Position numbers and translations under genes: made by a program. Source: Mobula hypostoma (Eukaryota). Taken from it: a DNA stretch of 64,000 nucleotides. The notes below the pieces were generated by a model. That model did not search any database, was not told where the DNA came from, and saw only the letters and a program-made list of their open reading frames with translations. Each line of letters opens with the position of its first letter. Positions within the stretch are counted from its first letter, which is position 1. The stretch spans positions 237,586,001 to 237,650,000 of the forward strand of contig NC_086097.1 in assembly GCF_963921235.1 (NCBI RefSeq), given 5' to 3'. Below are positions 1 through 12,572 of this stretch, piece by piece.

Positions 1-145
1 CTCAGCAAAAATTTGAGTCAAGATCAGCATATCTTCTGCTATAGTGTCTGTCTGAACCTGTGGGAAGTCATAGAGAACTATTTTCTCTTCCATTCAATGT
101 TGACTCACACAATTGTAATGCCTTGTCGAGAAAAGTACATCTTCA

Positions 146-962
146 TCTCAAAGTACAAACTTCAAAGTAAATTTATTTTCAGTTAATACTATATATCACC
201 AAATAATACTCTAAAGTTCATTTTCTTGCAGCATTCACAATAGAACAAAGTAATATAATAGAATTAATGACAACCTATACTCAAACAAAGACCGACAAGC
301 GACCAATGAACAAAAGAAGACAAATGTGAAAATACAAAGAAAAACTAATAATAGTAAATAAATAATACTGAGAACATGAGTTGTCGATCCCTTGAAAGTG
401 AGTCGAAAAGGTTGCGTTCAGTGTGGTGGTGAGAGTAGTTGCCCATGTTGGTTCAAGAGCCTGATGGTTGAAGGATAAGAACTGTTCCTGAATCTTATGG
501 TATGGGACCTAAGGCTCCTGTACCTTCTTGCTGATGGCAGCCATGGTCTGGATGGTGGGAATCCATGATTATGGATGCTGCTTTCTTGTGACAGTGCCCT
601 TTGTAATAGGCTCAATAGGCTGGGAAGGGCATTTTCTGTGAAGAACTGAGCTACGTCTACCACTTTTGTTGTCTTTTCCATTCTTGGGCACCAGTGTCTC
701 CATACCAGGCCATGATACTCTTGTGCACCTATAGAGATTTGTCCAAGTTTTAGATGACATATCAGATCGGTGCGAACTCTAAGAAACTAGAGGTGCAATG
801 GTGTTTTCTTTGAAATGGCACTATGTGTAGTTCCCAGGACAGATCCTCTGATATGATAACACCCAGAAATTTAAAGCTACTGCTCCTCTCTACTTCCAAT
901 CTCCTAATGAGCACTGGCTCATGGATCTTTGATTTCTTTCTTCTGTGGTCGATAATCAGCTC
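146..962 (-). mobile_element. Rex1/Babar-type non-LTR retrotransposon, 5'-truncated and degenerate
   Basis: C-terminal motif RRYRSLRSHTIRFRNSSYPSTIRLLN and 3' tail aataaatttactttgaa, shared with other copies in the window. Confidence 0.75.
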
Positions 963-1548
963 TTTCTTTCACCAGCTCATCAGAAACTTTGGGAGAGTAT
1001 GGAACGAGTATAAGTGAACCAGCTCTTCTTCTGCAGAACCATCCCTTCCACATGTGCTCTTTCTTCATCATGAGCAGAGTTCCCTTCTGATCATGCAATG
1101 GGCTGATGCAGAGGAATGAAGACCTCTGATTAGGTTCTGTTTCTGCCCAATCTCCAGGTCTGCTGACTGACCCAATGTTCCGGGGTTTGCACAGATCATT
1201 GGATCAGTGTCTATGTGGTCTGTCAAGTGATAGTCTTGAGTGAAAATTCTGGACATCGTTGTTCACCCCACTGTCCTGCAATCTGACTGCAGAATTTCAG
1301 ACTATATGTTCTCAGACATTTTAGTTCAGTCTTCTTTTTTGTTGTTCTATTCATTATGCCTGACCTGCTGATCATGTTCCATTGCCTTATCATTAACTAC
1401 ACAGCACACAGGTAATGACACATAATGCACTTGTAACTGTCCTCATTATCTTATTTAGATTCACCTCAGAAGAGATATTCAAATTGCTTGATCTATCTCT
1501 TCCACATCCCCTGTCCTTCTGAAGAGAGAAAAGAGCTTTTCTTTCTTT

Positions 1549-1855
1549 AAAAACACAAACACGAGGAATTCTGCAGATGCTGGAAATTCAAGCAACACAC
1601 ACACACACACATCAAAGTTGCTGGTGAACGCAGCAGGCCAGGCAGCATCTCTAGGAAGAGGTACAGTCGACGTTTCAGGCCGAGACCCTTTGTCAGGACT
1701 AACTGAAGGAAGAGCTAGTAAGAGGGTTCACCAGCTCTTACTCACTCTTCCTTCAGTTAGTCCTGAGAAAGGGTCTCGGCCTGAAACATCGACTGCACCT
1801 CTTCCTAGAGATGCTGCCTGGCCCGCTGCGTTCACCAGCAACTTTGATGTGTGTT
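1549..1855. mobile_element. Penelope-like element terminal repeats in inverted orientation, with 14-bp TSD
   Basis: Two ~120-bp inverted arms matching 19705-19860. Flanked by GCTTTTCTTTCTTT at 1535-1548 and 1856-1869. Confidence 0.85.
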
Positions 1856-2257
1856 GCTTTTCTTTCTTTCTCAGTTCTGATGCGGAGACCTGGAGCAAAA
1901 ACTGTTTGGCTTTGCTAAGGAATTTTTTCCATGAGATGATCACAAATCTTTTTTTTTCCCCCACTATCCTAGAGAGCTGTGGAGATGAATACATGAGAGC
2001 CAAGGAACGTGGGGAGGGAGCAGAAAGTGATCCTGAGGCGAGTATAGATGGGACAAAAACTTAGTGGGGTGATTGGCTTACGCCTGTTTCTGTTTCATGT
2101 GCCTTTATGTCCCTCAAACAATAAAAAATAGAAATCAGCAAAATGATCTTTTAACAGTATTGACACAGTCTTATGAAAGTCTTAGATTGCATTTTCATAC
2201 GGTTGATAAAAATGAATTTGATATTGCATAAGCAGTGATGTCAAAGATGCATGTCTC

Positions 2258-2672
2258 AAAGTTCAAAGTTGATTTATTATCAAAGTACATATATGTTACC
2301 ATTGCCACATACAACGCTGAGATTCATTTTCTTAAGGGCATACTCACTAAATTCGAAATAGAATAATAATCATAATAGAATCAATGGAAGACCACTCCAA
2401 CTTGGACATTCAACAAGTTGGGGTGAAGTTATCCCTTTTTGTTCAAAAGACTGATGGTTGAGGGGTAATAAATGTTCCTGAACCTGCTGGTGTGAATCCT
2501 GAGGCTCTTGTGCTTTCTTCCTGTTGGCAGCAGTGAGAAAAGAGCATGTTCTGTGAGGAGTGGGTTCCCTAATGATGGACACCGCTTTCCTGTGACAATG
2601 CTTTGTATAGATGTGATCAATGTTGGGGAGGTCTTTACCCATGATGGACTAGGCCGCACCCACTACTTTCTG
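2258..2672 (-). mobile_element. Rex1/Babar LINE 3' fragment
   Basis: HALFSLLPTGRKHKSLRIHTSRFRNIYYPSTISLLN motif and ttgaactttga tail. Confidence 0.75.
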
Positions 2673-2927
2673 ATGTGAAGAAATGTCGCTGGTGTTACTG
2701 TGGGTGGGACGTGACTGTTTGCTGGTTACTAGGCCAGAATCTGATCAAACATTGCTCGTGAGATCTTGTGCTACAGCTATTTTCAGCTGTGGCGGTGTTT
2801 CCCTGCCATTACAGAAATTTGCCAACCTCTACCATCCTCGCAAATGCTTCACTTCCCCACAAATACTGGTAGCTACAGTACTCGAAGAGGCTGCTCACAA
2901 AATGCAGTTTGTACTGACAGGACAGTG

Positions 2928-3235
2928 ATCCACACAAAACTCAGCAGGTCAGGTAAATTTATGGAAGGAAATGATCAGTTGACATTTTAGACTGAGTCCT
3001 TTCGTCAGGACTGAAAGGAAAGAAGGGAAAGAAGACAGAAGCCAGAATAAAAGGGTGGGGGGGGGTGGTGGGTGAATGATAGATGATAAGTGAATCCAAC
3101 TGAGAGGGGAAGGTAAAATTGGTGGGGGATGGGGTGGAGAGAATTAGGTGAGAAGGTAGGAGGTGACTGGTGGAAGCAATAGGCTGAAGAAGATGATATC
3201 TGATTGGGGGGGACATTTGACCATGAGATAAAGAG
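2928..3235 (-). mobile_element. Penelope-like element 3' end, old
   Basis: Similar to the PLE terminal repeat, with pyrimidine-rich 3' UTR and a degenerate hammerhead region near 2975-3012. Confidence 0.65.
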
Positions 3236-3357
3236 CAGAGATTGTTTACTCTCCAGCAAATTGGAAGGGGTGGGAATGAATGAGATTATTAAAAAGTGTT
3301 AAAAATCATAAACCTGCAATCTTACTACTGGATTTTACACCAATCACTGCACAGCCA

Positions 3358-3590
3358 AGGTAGTGTCAGGTAGCATCGTGGTTACAGTTTAAGTGACCCG
3401 GATTCAATTCCCGCTGTGTTCTCCCTGTGACTGTCTGGGATTCCTCCCACATTCCAAAGATATAAATTGTGGGCACATTATGTTTGCTCCAGAAGCGTGG
3501 AGACACTTGTCTGCTACACGCAGCACATCCTTGGTCAGTGTTGATCTTTGACACATATGGTACATTTCATTATATGTTTTGATGCACATT
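3358..3590 (+). mobile_element. tRNA-derived V-SINE (HE1-like), degenerate
   Basis: tRNA-like head, V-domain remnant ttcctcccacattccaaaga. Confidence 0.6.
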
Positions 3591-3994
3591 ACAGGTGTCA
3601 GACAGAGATAATCTTTTGGTGCTGCAGCTTTTACAGTTCCAAGGATACAGGAGATGTCTATGCGGCCTTTGCACAGTTTCCCAGGATGCTCTGCTTCCCC
3701 TTCAAGTCCCAAAGCTTTGCTGATGTTTTAATTAGTGACTGGAAATTACGCTTTAGTGTTCATTAATGACAAAAGGAATCAAGAGGTTGTAGATGCAGGC
3801 GTGTGAGAGGGAATATGTTGCAAAGTGTCAGGGATTAATCCACAGGTAAACATCAATGGATCCAAAGGGCGCACTGACTTCCGTCTGCATTGTTATAAGA
3901 AATTTAGACAGCCAAGGCTGCCACCTTTCCCTGTTAATTATACATTACTAGACCTGGTTTTGCTTCCCATCCCACTCAATGTCAATCCAATAGG

Positions 3995-4268
3995 TGGCAC
4001 AATAACATAGTGGCTAGCACAACGCTTTACATTACCAGCAACCCGGTTTCAGTTCCTGCCACTGCCTATAAGGAGTCTGTACGTTTTCTCCGTGACCACG
4101 TGGGATTCCTCCAGGTGTCTGTTTACCTCCCCACAGTTCAAAAGCTGTGGCAGGTTAATTGGTCACTGTCAATGAGGCGAAGATTGAATTGGGAGATTGC
4201 TGGGCGACATTGCTTGAGGGGCCAGAACGGCCTATTTCACGCTGTATCTCAATTAACAAGCAAATAGA
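3995..4268 (+). mobile_element. V-SINE
   Basis: Head ggcacaataacatagtggctagc, V-domain gtacgttttctccgtgaccacgtggg...cctccccacag, tail gctgtatctcaat. Confidence 0.7.
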
Positions 4269-4627
4269 TAATATATGCAATCTAAACATATTTAATTATT
4301 TTTATTTATTTAGCAATACAAAGCAGAGTAAGCCCTTTGGCCACACTACCCAGCAACCCCACAACCTCGATGAATTCTAGCCAAATCATGGAACAATTTA
4401 TAATGATCAATTAACTTACCAGGTATGTCTTTGGACTGTGGGAGGAAACGTGGGGAAAACCCATATATTCCAGTAGAGGACCATATCTTATCAGTGGAGA
4501 TATACTTGGTAAGAAGTATACTTAGCAACAAGTCTATCTTGTTACCAAGAGAAATATTCCTGTAAGAGGCATCCTAATAGGACAAGTCTGCAGCACAAAA
4601 TCCAGCAGCGTGTTATATATTAAAATT

Positions 4628-4915
4628 AGATTTGCTTTATTTGTCACATGTACAAAGAAACAGACGGTGAAACATGTCGTTTGTGTCAAACCAAATCAGT
4701 GAGGATTGTGTTGGACAGCCCACAAGTGTCACCACACTTCCATTTGCCAACAAAGCATGTCCACAATTTACCAACACTAACCGTACATCCCTGGAGTGTG
4801 GGAGGAAACCAGGGCACCCAGAGGAAACCAACGCAGTCACAGGGGAAATGTACAAACCCTTTACAAACAGTGGCGGATGCTGTAAAGCACTGCGTTAACT
4901 GCTACGCTACAATGT
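4628..4915 (-). mobile_element. V-SINE
   Basis: Reverse V-domain tgtgggaggaaaccagggcacccagaggaaacc and tail gtgacaaataaagc. Confidence 0.7.
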
Positions 4916-5261
4916 CACCCCTTGCAGCAGTACTGCCCTAAGTTTCACATTAAAGATAATGGAGGATTTCAAAGCACATAAAATAGAACTTCTGAAAAGA
5001 AAGTCACTTCTTTACGAATTAAACTGCCAAAAGGTTAGAGCAGGAAATTCCAGCAGTTCCCAACGTTGGTGTGCAAATAGTGTAGACGTATAATGGAAAT
5101 GACTGAACATTTCAATACAATTAACCGTAATTCTGCATTATTCTGGGTATATCAGTTGCTGTTATTGTTCACCGGATTTTTCCGTTGGAAGGGATGTTTA
5201 CCACAGTAACACTACTATGAGGATTTGTTTCATTAGCTATTCCTCTATAAAGCTTACAAAT

Positions 5262-5995
5262 AAAGATTAAAGATAAATATTAGCTTTATTTGACGCATGA
5301 ACACCAAAACATATAGTGATCTCTCCTTCTGGTTAAAAAAAAATTCCCTCCCCGTCCCCTCTTCTTCTATCCTCCACCTCTTCTCACCTGCCTAGCAGCT
5401 CTCCCTAGTGTCCCTCCTCCATCCCTCTCTCCGATTGTTCTCTCTCCTCTCCTATCACATCCCTTCCTCTCCAGCTCATTATCTTTCCTGCCCATCTGGC
5501 TTCACATTTCATCTGCTAACTTTCCTCCTTCCCCTCCCCCACTTTTTTATTCTGGCATCTTTCCCCTTCCTTTCCAGTCCTGAAGGAGGGTCTCGGCCCG
5601 AAACGTTGACTGTTTATTCATTTCCAAAAATACTGCCTGACTGGCTGAGTTCCTTCAGTATGTTGTGTGTGTTGCTTTGGATTTCCAGCATCTGCAGACT
5701 TCCTTGTGTTAGTGAAAGGCAAGGTTTCGCACCAATGACCAGTACAGTCGGAGGGTCGTGCTAGGGGCAGCTGCAATGTCGCCACACTTCTAGCAGCAAC
5801 ATAGGATACACACAATTCCCTAAACTTATCCTCACGTCTTTGGAATACGGGAGGAACCTGGGGCTCCAGGAGTAAATCCGCATGGTCACGGTGACAACGT
5901 ACAAACCCTTTGCAGAGAGCGATGGGAATCAAACACCAATCGCTGATTACTGGAGCTGTAAAGTGATTGAACTAACTGATATAGGACTGTATCAC
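5262..5995 (-). mobile_element. V-SINE interrupted by a Penelope-like element
   Basis: SINE tail at 5262-5320 and body at 5712-5995, split by the PLE. Confidence 0.6.
5345..5711 (+). mobile_element. Penelope-like element 3' end with degenerate hammerhead
   Basis: agtcctgaaggagggtctcggcccgaaacgttgact followed by the gtgtgttgctttggatttccagcatctgcaga terminus. Confidence 0.75.
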
Positions 5996-6052
5996 CCTTA
6001 CATAAACCATGCAAAGCCTTTGAGAACTGATACCGTTCTGAATTACCATCTG

Positions 6053-6981
6053 CTCAAATACCACCTATAAATTTGCTGACGATACAACCATTGTCGGTAG
6101 GATCTCAGGTGGTGACGAGAGGGCGTACAGGAGTGAGATATGCCAACTAGTGGAGAGGTGCCGCAGCAACAAACTGGCACTCAACGAAAGAGTTGATCGT
6201 CGACTTCAGGAAGGGTAATACAAAGGAACGCAAAACTATCCTCATAGAGTGATCAGAAGTGGAGAGAGTGAGCAGCTTCAAGTTCCTGGGTGTCAAGATC
6301 TCTGAGGATCTAACCTGGTCCCAATATATCGATGTAGTTATAAAGAAGGCAAGACAGCGGCTATACTTTATTAGGAGTTTGAAGAGATTTGGCATGTCAA
6401 CATATACACTCAAAAACGTCTATAGTTGTACCATGGAGAGCATTCTGACAAGCTGCATCACTGTATGGTATGGAAGGGCTACTGTATAGGACTGAAAAAA
6501 GTCTCAGAACGTTGTTAATCTAGTGAGCTCCATCTTGGGTACTAGCCTACAAAGTACCCAGGGCATCTTCAAGGAGCGGTGTCTCAGAAAGGTAGTGTCC
6601 ATTATTAAGGACGTCCAGCACCCAGGCATGCCCTTTTCTCACTGTTACCATCAGGTAGGAGGTAGAGAAGCCTGAAGGCACACACTCAGCGATTCAGGAA
6701 CAGCTTCTTCCCCTATGTCATCCTATTGCTAAATGGACATTGAATCCTTGGACACTACCTGACTTTTTTAAAATATAGAGTATTTCTGCTTTTGCATGAT
6801 TTTTTAATCTATTCAATATACAGTATTCATCTATTTGTTTATTTATTGTTATTATTATTTTGTTTTATTTATTATTTTTTTCTCTCTCTCTGCTAGATTA
6901 TGTATTGCATTGAACTGCTGCTGCCAAGTTAACAAATTTTACATTACCTGCCGGTGATAATAAACCTGATTCTGATTCTGA
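6053..6981 (+). mobile_element. Rex1/Babar LINE, 5'-truncated (RT C-terminus plus DUF1891-like region)
   Basis: KFADDTTIVG; ERVSSFKFLGVKISEDLTWS...KKARQRLYFIRSLKRFG...ESILTSCITVWYG; (GATTCT)n tail. Confidence 0.85.
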
Positions 6982-7254
6982 ATTTGGTATCCCTTTGACT
7001 TGTTTATTACTTTCAGTGAAGTATTCCCTTGGATGCTTACATGAGCCCAATGGGTCTGTTTCAGGTTTCAATGGGTTTTATCTGCAGGCGAACCAGCCTA
7101 TAACAGCCAGAATATGCCAGGATGTGTTAGGTTTCTGGACTAGCAGCAGATGGAATATAAAAATTTACAGGGCTTGAGAAGGAATTCTGTGCTTTTACCT
7201 ACGTATCTCTGAGTCAGGGAAAACAAGCACCATCAATGTAGCAGCAATGACGAT

Positions 7255-7640
7255 TCAAACATTCAAAGTACATTTGTTATCAAAGTCCGTATGCAGTTTA
7301 CAACCCTAAGATTCGTCTTCCCAGAGGCAGTCACAAAAACAAAGAAAATCCTGGAACCCGTTCAAGGACAAACATAAACACCCTCCCTCCAATGCACAAA
7401 ACAAAAACAAATTGTGCAAACGGCAACAATAAAAGAGAAAAAAAAACACAATATAAAACGCAAAATTGAAAGAGTCCAGGCATATTCAGTTCAGCTCAGT
7501 TCAGTTCAATCCAGCTCTGTGTCTTTTGTTATCTGCAGGCCACCGGATCAAAATTGCCCAAAATAGCAACAAGAAAAAGGAGCAACTAGAAACCAGAAAC
7601 ATGCATAAAGTGTACTACAGAGTCTAATGCACACACCACA
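7255..7640 (-). mobile_element. Rex1-type 3' tail/UTR fragment
   Basis: ttcaaagtacatttgttatcaaagt tail motif, as at 150 and 2258. Confidence 0.5.
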
Positions 7641-7858
7641 TCTTCTGCAGAGGTATACTGCAGACCTCTTCCACTGTGAAGAATGATGCAAAACATGCAT
7701 TCGGTTCCTCTGCCATCTCTGCATCTCTCATTACAATATCTCCAGCATCATTTTATATTGGTCCTATATCTACCCTCGACTCTCTTTTACCCTTTATGTA
7801 CTTAAAAAAGCTTTTAGTATCTTCTTTGATATAACTCGCCATCTTCCTTTCATAATTC

Positions 7859-8190
7859 ATGACAGTGAATGTGGAGAGGATGATGGGAGAGTCTAAGACC
7901 ACTGGACACAGCCTCAGAAAAGACTGGTGTTCTTTTAGAACGGAGATTAGGAGGAATTTCTTAAGTCAGAGAGTGGCGAATCTGTGGAATTCTTTGCCAC
8001 AGGCAGCTGTGGAAGCCAAGTCTTTATGTATATTTAAGGCAGAGGCTGATAGATTCAGGACATGAAAGGATACGGGGAAAAGGCAGGAGATTGAGGCTGA
8101 GAGGAAAATTGGATTAGCCATGACAAAATGGCAGAGCAGACTCGATGGGCCAAATGGCCTAATTCGCTCCTATACCTTATGGTCTTATTG
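7859..8190 (+). mobile_element. CR1 LINE 3' end (adjacent inverted CR1 fragment ~7700-7858)
   Basis: GHSLRK...FRTEIRRNFLSQRVANLWNSLP and tail cttatggtctta. Confidence 0.8.
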
Positions 8191-8231
8191 TCAAATGTCT
8201 TTGCTCAGTGCTGCACAATAGCAAAGCGTGA

Positions 8232-8550
8232 CGGCACTGTCGTGCAGTGGTGGTGTGGCAATTGCTTTACAACACCACGTTGCAATCAATTCCTGCCACT
8301 CTCTGTAAGGAGTTTGTGTTTTGTTCATGTGACCACATAGGTTTCCTCTGGATGCTCTTGTTCCCTCCCACATTCCAGAGACGTACGTTAAAGTTATGGT
8401 TAGCAAGTTGTGGTCCTGTTATGTTGGCACCAGAAGCCTGGCAACACTTGCGGAGAGCCCCCAGCACAATCCTCACTGATTTCCTGTGACACAAGTGACA
8501 CATTTCACTGTATGTTTCAATATACATGTTACAATAAAGCCAATCTTTAA
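8232..8550 (+). mobile_element. V-SINE
   Basis: tRNA head, V-domain, aataaagc tail. Confidence 0.65.
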
Positions 8551-9092
8551 AAATCAAGAAAGAAATCACCTGAATAAGGTTGAGCAATTCTGCAGAAGCA
8601 TCGAGTAATCAATGACTATACATTCCTTCACACAAAAAGGATAGGCGAGTTGACCTGTTCCTCCAAAACAGTTTAGAATGACAGTAATCTATATTTGAAA
8701 ATCAGCATCTTCAAAGAAGTGCCCTTCAAGGGCTAAGAAATCTTTTGACAACAATATGTAACTGGCCATATGTCAATGATGCTTTTTCTTGGCATAAAAT
8801 TAACATTAGCTTTCACTACCTGCTCCACTTCACTAATTACCAATTCCACAAAGACTTCATCAGAGACACAAAATTGACCTTATGTTGTGTCACCCTTCAC
8901 AGCCAGTTCAAAGCTTCACTGATATGAACACTTTCCATTGAAAACTAATGTCTACCTAGATCAAATACCGATCAATTATCCTAACCCATGAAGCACATTC
9001 AACAAGCATATGGTACCGAGACAACAATCTGTTTTGGAGCCAAATGTCCTTTTCCTAATTTGGAAGATATACCAAGTGAAGATTTGAATATA

Positions 9093-9160
9093 CAGTATTG
9101 TGCTAAAGTTTAGGTATATACGTATATACTGTATGTGCCTAAGACTTTAGTACAGTACTG
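9093..9160. mobile_element. Tc1/mariner-type mini-MITE
   Basis: TA|CAGTATTGTGCTAAAGT...ACTTTAGTACAGTACTG|TA, two TIRs with a short spacer. Confidence 0.65.
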
Positions 9161-9537
9161 TATTTGTCAATGTGGAGTGGTCAACAATTTAGTAAATCTG
9201 GCAGGAGTAAAGGATGTTGGGAAGGTGTACACTGCAGGAGGGGTGTGGGACAGATGGCAGAGAAGGTATGCCAGGGGTGTGGTGTGGGTGCTTGAGACAC
9301 CAGGCAAGGTCATTTGATTTCAAACAAATGGCTGAATTGATCATTATAAGATGTGTCTCTGGTGCCTCCCACTACCTCCCTTCTCCCTTCTACCAACAAT
9401 GATTCCCCTCTCCCTAACCCCCTCCCATTCTCATTCCACAATAGAGACCCATATCAGAATCAGTTTTATCATCACTCACATGGCATGAAATTTGTTATTT
9501 TTGTGGTAGCAGTAAAGCGCAATACATAAAATTACTA

Positions 9538-9604
9538 CAGCATTGTGCAGAAGTCTTAGGCACCCTAGCAGTATATATGTGCCTTAAACTTTTGCACAGT
9601 ACAA
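9538..9604. mobile_element. Tc1/mariner-type mini-MITE, same family as 9093
   Basis: CAGCATTGTGCAGAAGTCTTAGGCAC...GTGCCTTAAACTTTTGCACAGTAC, flanked by TA. Confidence 0.6.
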
Positions 9605-9690
9605 TAGAGCAACACCAATTAGGATGTAGTTAAATAGAAGGACTCAGACCAGTCAAAATATCTAAGCCTCATCTGATCTTACATCAAGAC

Positions 9691-9937
9691 TGTTGTGTAT
9701 TTAATATTTCAATAATATTTCAGTAATCTTGTATATACATATATTTGTTAATTAAGCATTCTTATTCACTTAAAAAAAGTCATGATATGTTATACGTAAA
9801 ATATGCTAATTGCATATGTCATCATGTAATCAGGTGATACATGCATCTCTCTCAAAGTAAATTTGAACTACACCCATCTTTTCAGACTCTCGTTTCCTTT
9901 GAATTAATTTATTGTTTTGAAGTTACAAAACATAACA
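9691..9937 (+). mobile_element. Short solo-LTR-like element (TGTT...AACA)
   Basis: TG..CA termini, homologous to 55454-56324. Confidence 0.55.
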
Positions 9938-9944
9938 AACCACA

Positions 9945-10040
9945 TCTGAAGAAGGGTTTTGTCCCAAAAACGTCGACTCCTTTCCATAGATGCTGCCTGA
10001 CCTGATGAGTTCTTCCAGCACCTTTTGTGTGGTACTCAAG
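9945..10040 (+). mobile_element. PLE terminal repeat fragment with degenerate hammerhead
   Basis: ctgaagaagggttttgtcccaaaaacgtcgact...tagatgctgcctgacctgatgagttc. Confidence 0.65.
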
Positions 10041-10325
10041 ACCATATTTTATATTTCAGAGCATATTTGACTCAGCAAAGAATTTCAATTTACTGAGGAC
10101 ATACCAGCATAAGGAGAACAGTTTGATAGATGAGTGAGGTCACATAGCACTTTCTAGTTTGACATTTTTGACAATTCACAACCAAAAGTATTTCTGGAAA
10201 TGTGACACTACACCACTTTTATATCATTTGATTGGTAGAATATTCCCTTTTTTCATTGAATATCAAACGCTCAAATATTCCACAGAGGGGAATTACATTG
10301 ACTACAAGATCAAATAACGATATAA

Positions 10326-11150
10326 TAAACTCAAGAGATTTTGCAGATGCTGGAAATCCAAAGCTACACATACAAAATGCTTAAGGAACTCAGCAAGTCA
10401 GACAGCATCTATGGAAATGCATAAACAGTCAATGTTTTGGGCTGAGACCCTTTTTCAAGTCAGAAAATGCAGGGGAAGACACCAGAATAAAAAGTTGGGA
10501 GGAGAAGCAGGATAGCTAAAGGTGATTGGTGAAGCTGGGAGGATAGAAAAGATAAAGGGCTGAAAAGAAAGGAATCTGGGAGGAGAGGAGAGTGGGCTAT
10601 GGAAGAAAGGGAAGGAGGGGAGATCTAGAAGGAGGTGATAGGCAAGTGAGAAGAGAAAATATGCCAGCATGGAGAATCGAAAAAGAGGGGAGGGGGAGGG
10701 AATGTTTTTTTTACCAGAAGGACAAATCAATATTAATATCATCAGGTTGGTGACTTCCCCGATGGAATATAAGGTGTTGCTCCTCCACCTTGAGGGTGGC
10801 CTTATCTTGGCAAAAGAGGATGCTAGGAACCAACATGGCAGAACAGAAATGGAAATCGGAATTAAAATGTATGGTTCTGGGAAGCTCCACTTTTGGTGGA
10901 TGGAGCAGGGGTGTTCGATGAAGTGGTCCCCCAGTTTATAACAGGTCTCACCAATGTAGAGGAGGCTGCATTGGGAGCACTGGATACAGCCGTGCTGTAT
11001 CCCAGCAGGTTTGCAGCTAAAGTGTCACCTCACCTGGAAGGGCTGTTTGGGGCTCTGAATGGAGGTGAATGGGCAGGTGTAGCACTTTGGCTGCTTACAG
11101 GGATAAGTGCTGGGAGGGAGATTAGTAGGGAGGGACGAATGGACAATTAA
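10326..11150 (-). mobile_element. Penelope-like element 3' part with GIY-YIG endonuclease remnant
   Basis: Minus strand near 10945-10980 encodes CSQCSLLYIGET. PLE terminal repeat at 10326-10460. Confidence 0.8.
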
Positions 11151-11375
11151 CTATCTACTGTGTGGGAAGATTGATTCGGGCATAAAAATCAGACAAGCCA
11201 GAGTTCATCTAAATTATATATGTATTAAATTCCACTTGAGCCAAACATATGCAACTAATCACAAAGTAGTACATGCTTGTAACTAACGGAAGTACAATGA
11301 AGAAATGCACTGTCACCAACATTCTGCCATTCGCATTCAGAATTCCAGCCAAATTGTGGCACTGGAGTGTAGCGT

Positions 11376-12263
11376 TGTTACATGCTCAAGGAGATCTGTG
11401 TTTTTTTTTTGTGAGAATGATGTAATGGTCTTTTGGAGGTCACCTGATGTGATTTTCCCACCGACGTGAGGTCATGTGATTACATGTGACGCATGACTAT
11501 ATAAGGGTCGACCCAGGTGATGCAGTGGGCTTTTAGTTTGTAGATTTCCGGGTAGAATGTGCTCTGTTTCCGTTTCTGTTGCGTGTTTGTTTTTATGACG
11601 CAGTTTCATTTTTAAAACGGAGTGTGTGTTCTGTTGCAAGGTACCATATTATTTGGACTGGAAATTTTTTCTAGATGTGTTGATTTACTCAATTCCAACA
11701 TTAGAAGGGAGAGTGAAGAATTTATCAAAGTGCAGGATCGAGGGATCGAGTGGAGTCGGCATCGTTTGGCAGTTTAATAAAGGATCGACCTTATTGAGTC
11801 TTCGTTTGTGTAGCTACCTGCATCGGAGATAACTCTTGCCAAAAAGAGCAAGGAGTTCGTGCAAAAAGGTGCTCTTTCTCTAAAGGAATTTCAGGTCAGT
11901 TGATTTAAACTGTTTATTTTTGGCATCGTGAATCCTGTGGACAGAACCAGCAGTAAAGGTGCGTCTGTGAAGAAATCCTTCTCTAGAGAAGTCTCTCCCA
12001 ATTGAACGTGTAAATCTGTTGGACTTTTGAAGTTATCACTTTAAGAGCTATATCTGACTGTATCGCTTTAGGAACTGTTTTCTCATTTAACACTTTAAGA
12101 ACCAGAGCCGAGTGGCGAGTTGGTGAACGGCTGCATATCTGTTAACTTCCAGTTAAAGTTTTCGTTTCTTTTTTTCCTTATCGTTTATCCGTGTTTAATA
12201 AATGTTTGTTTGTTTTTATATAACCTGGCTCGATTGATATTCATTGTTGCCGTTTACGTAACA
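11376..12263 (+). mobile_element. Solo LTR with 5-bp TSD
   Basis: TGTTAC...GTAACA termini, TSD AGCGT (11371-11375 and 12264-12268), TATA-like ~11498, AATAAA ~12197. Confidence 0.8.
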
Positions 12264-12276
12264 AGCGTTTACTGAG

Positions 12277-12572
12277 TGGCACGATATAATGCTTTACAGT
12301 GCCAACGACAGGGGTTCAATTCCCACTGCTGTCTGTGAGGAATTTGTACATTCTCCTCGTGACCACATGGGTTTCTTCTGGGTCTTCCCATATTCCAAAG
12401 ATGTACAGTATAGGTTAGATTTAGCAAGGTGTGGGCATGCTATGTTGGCCCCAGAAACAGAGTGACATTTGTGGGCTACCCCCAACACACCTTTGGACTG
12501 TGTTGATCATTAACACCAATGGGGCATTTCATTGCATGTGTACATGTGACAAATAAAGCTAATCTTCATCTT
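12277..12572 (+). mobile_element. V-SINE
   Basis: B-box ggttcaattcc, V-domain, gtgacaaataaagctaatct tail. Confidence 0.75.

Noticed and set aside
1068..1256. ORF containing CANPG as a possible CSMD Sushi exon
   Set aside because: It lacks the other Sushi residues (G..F, F.C..GF.L.G, C...W) and convincing splice sites.
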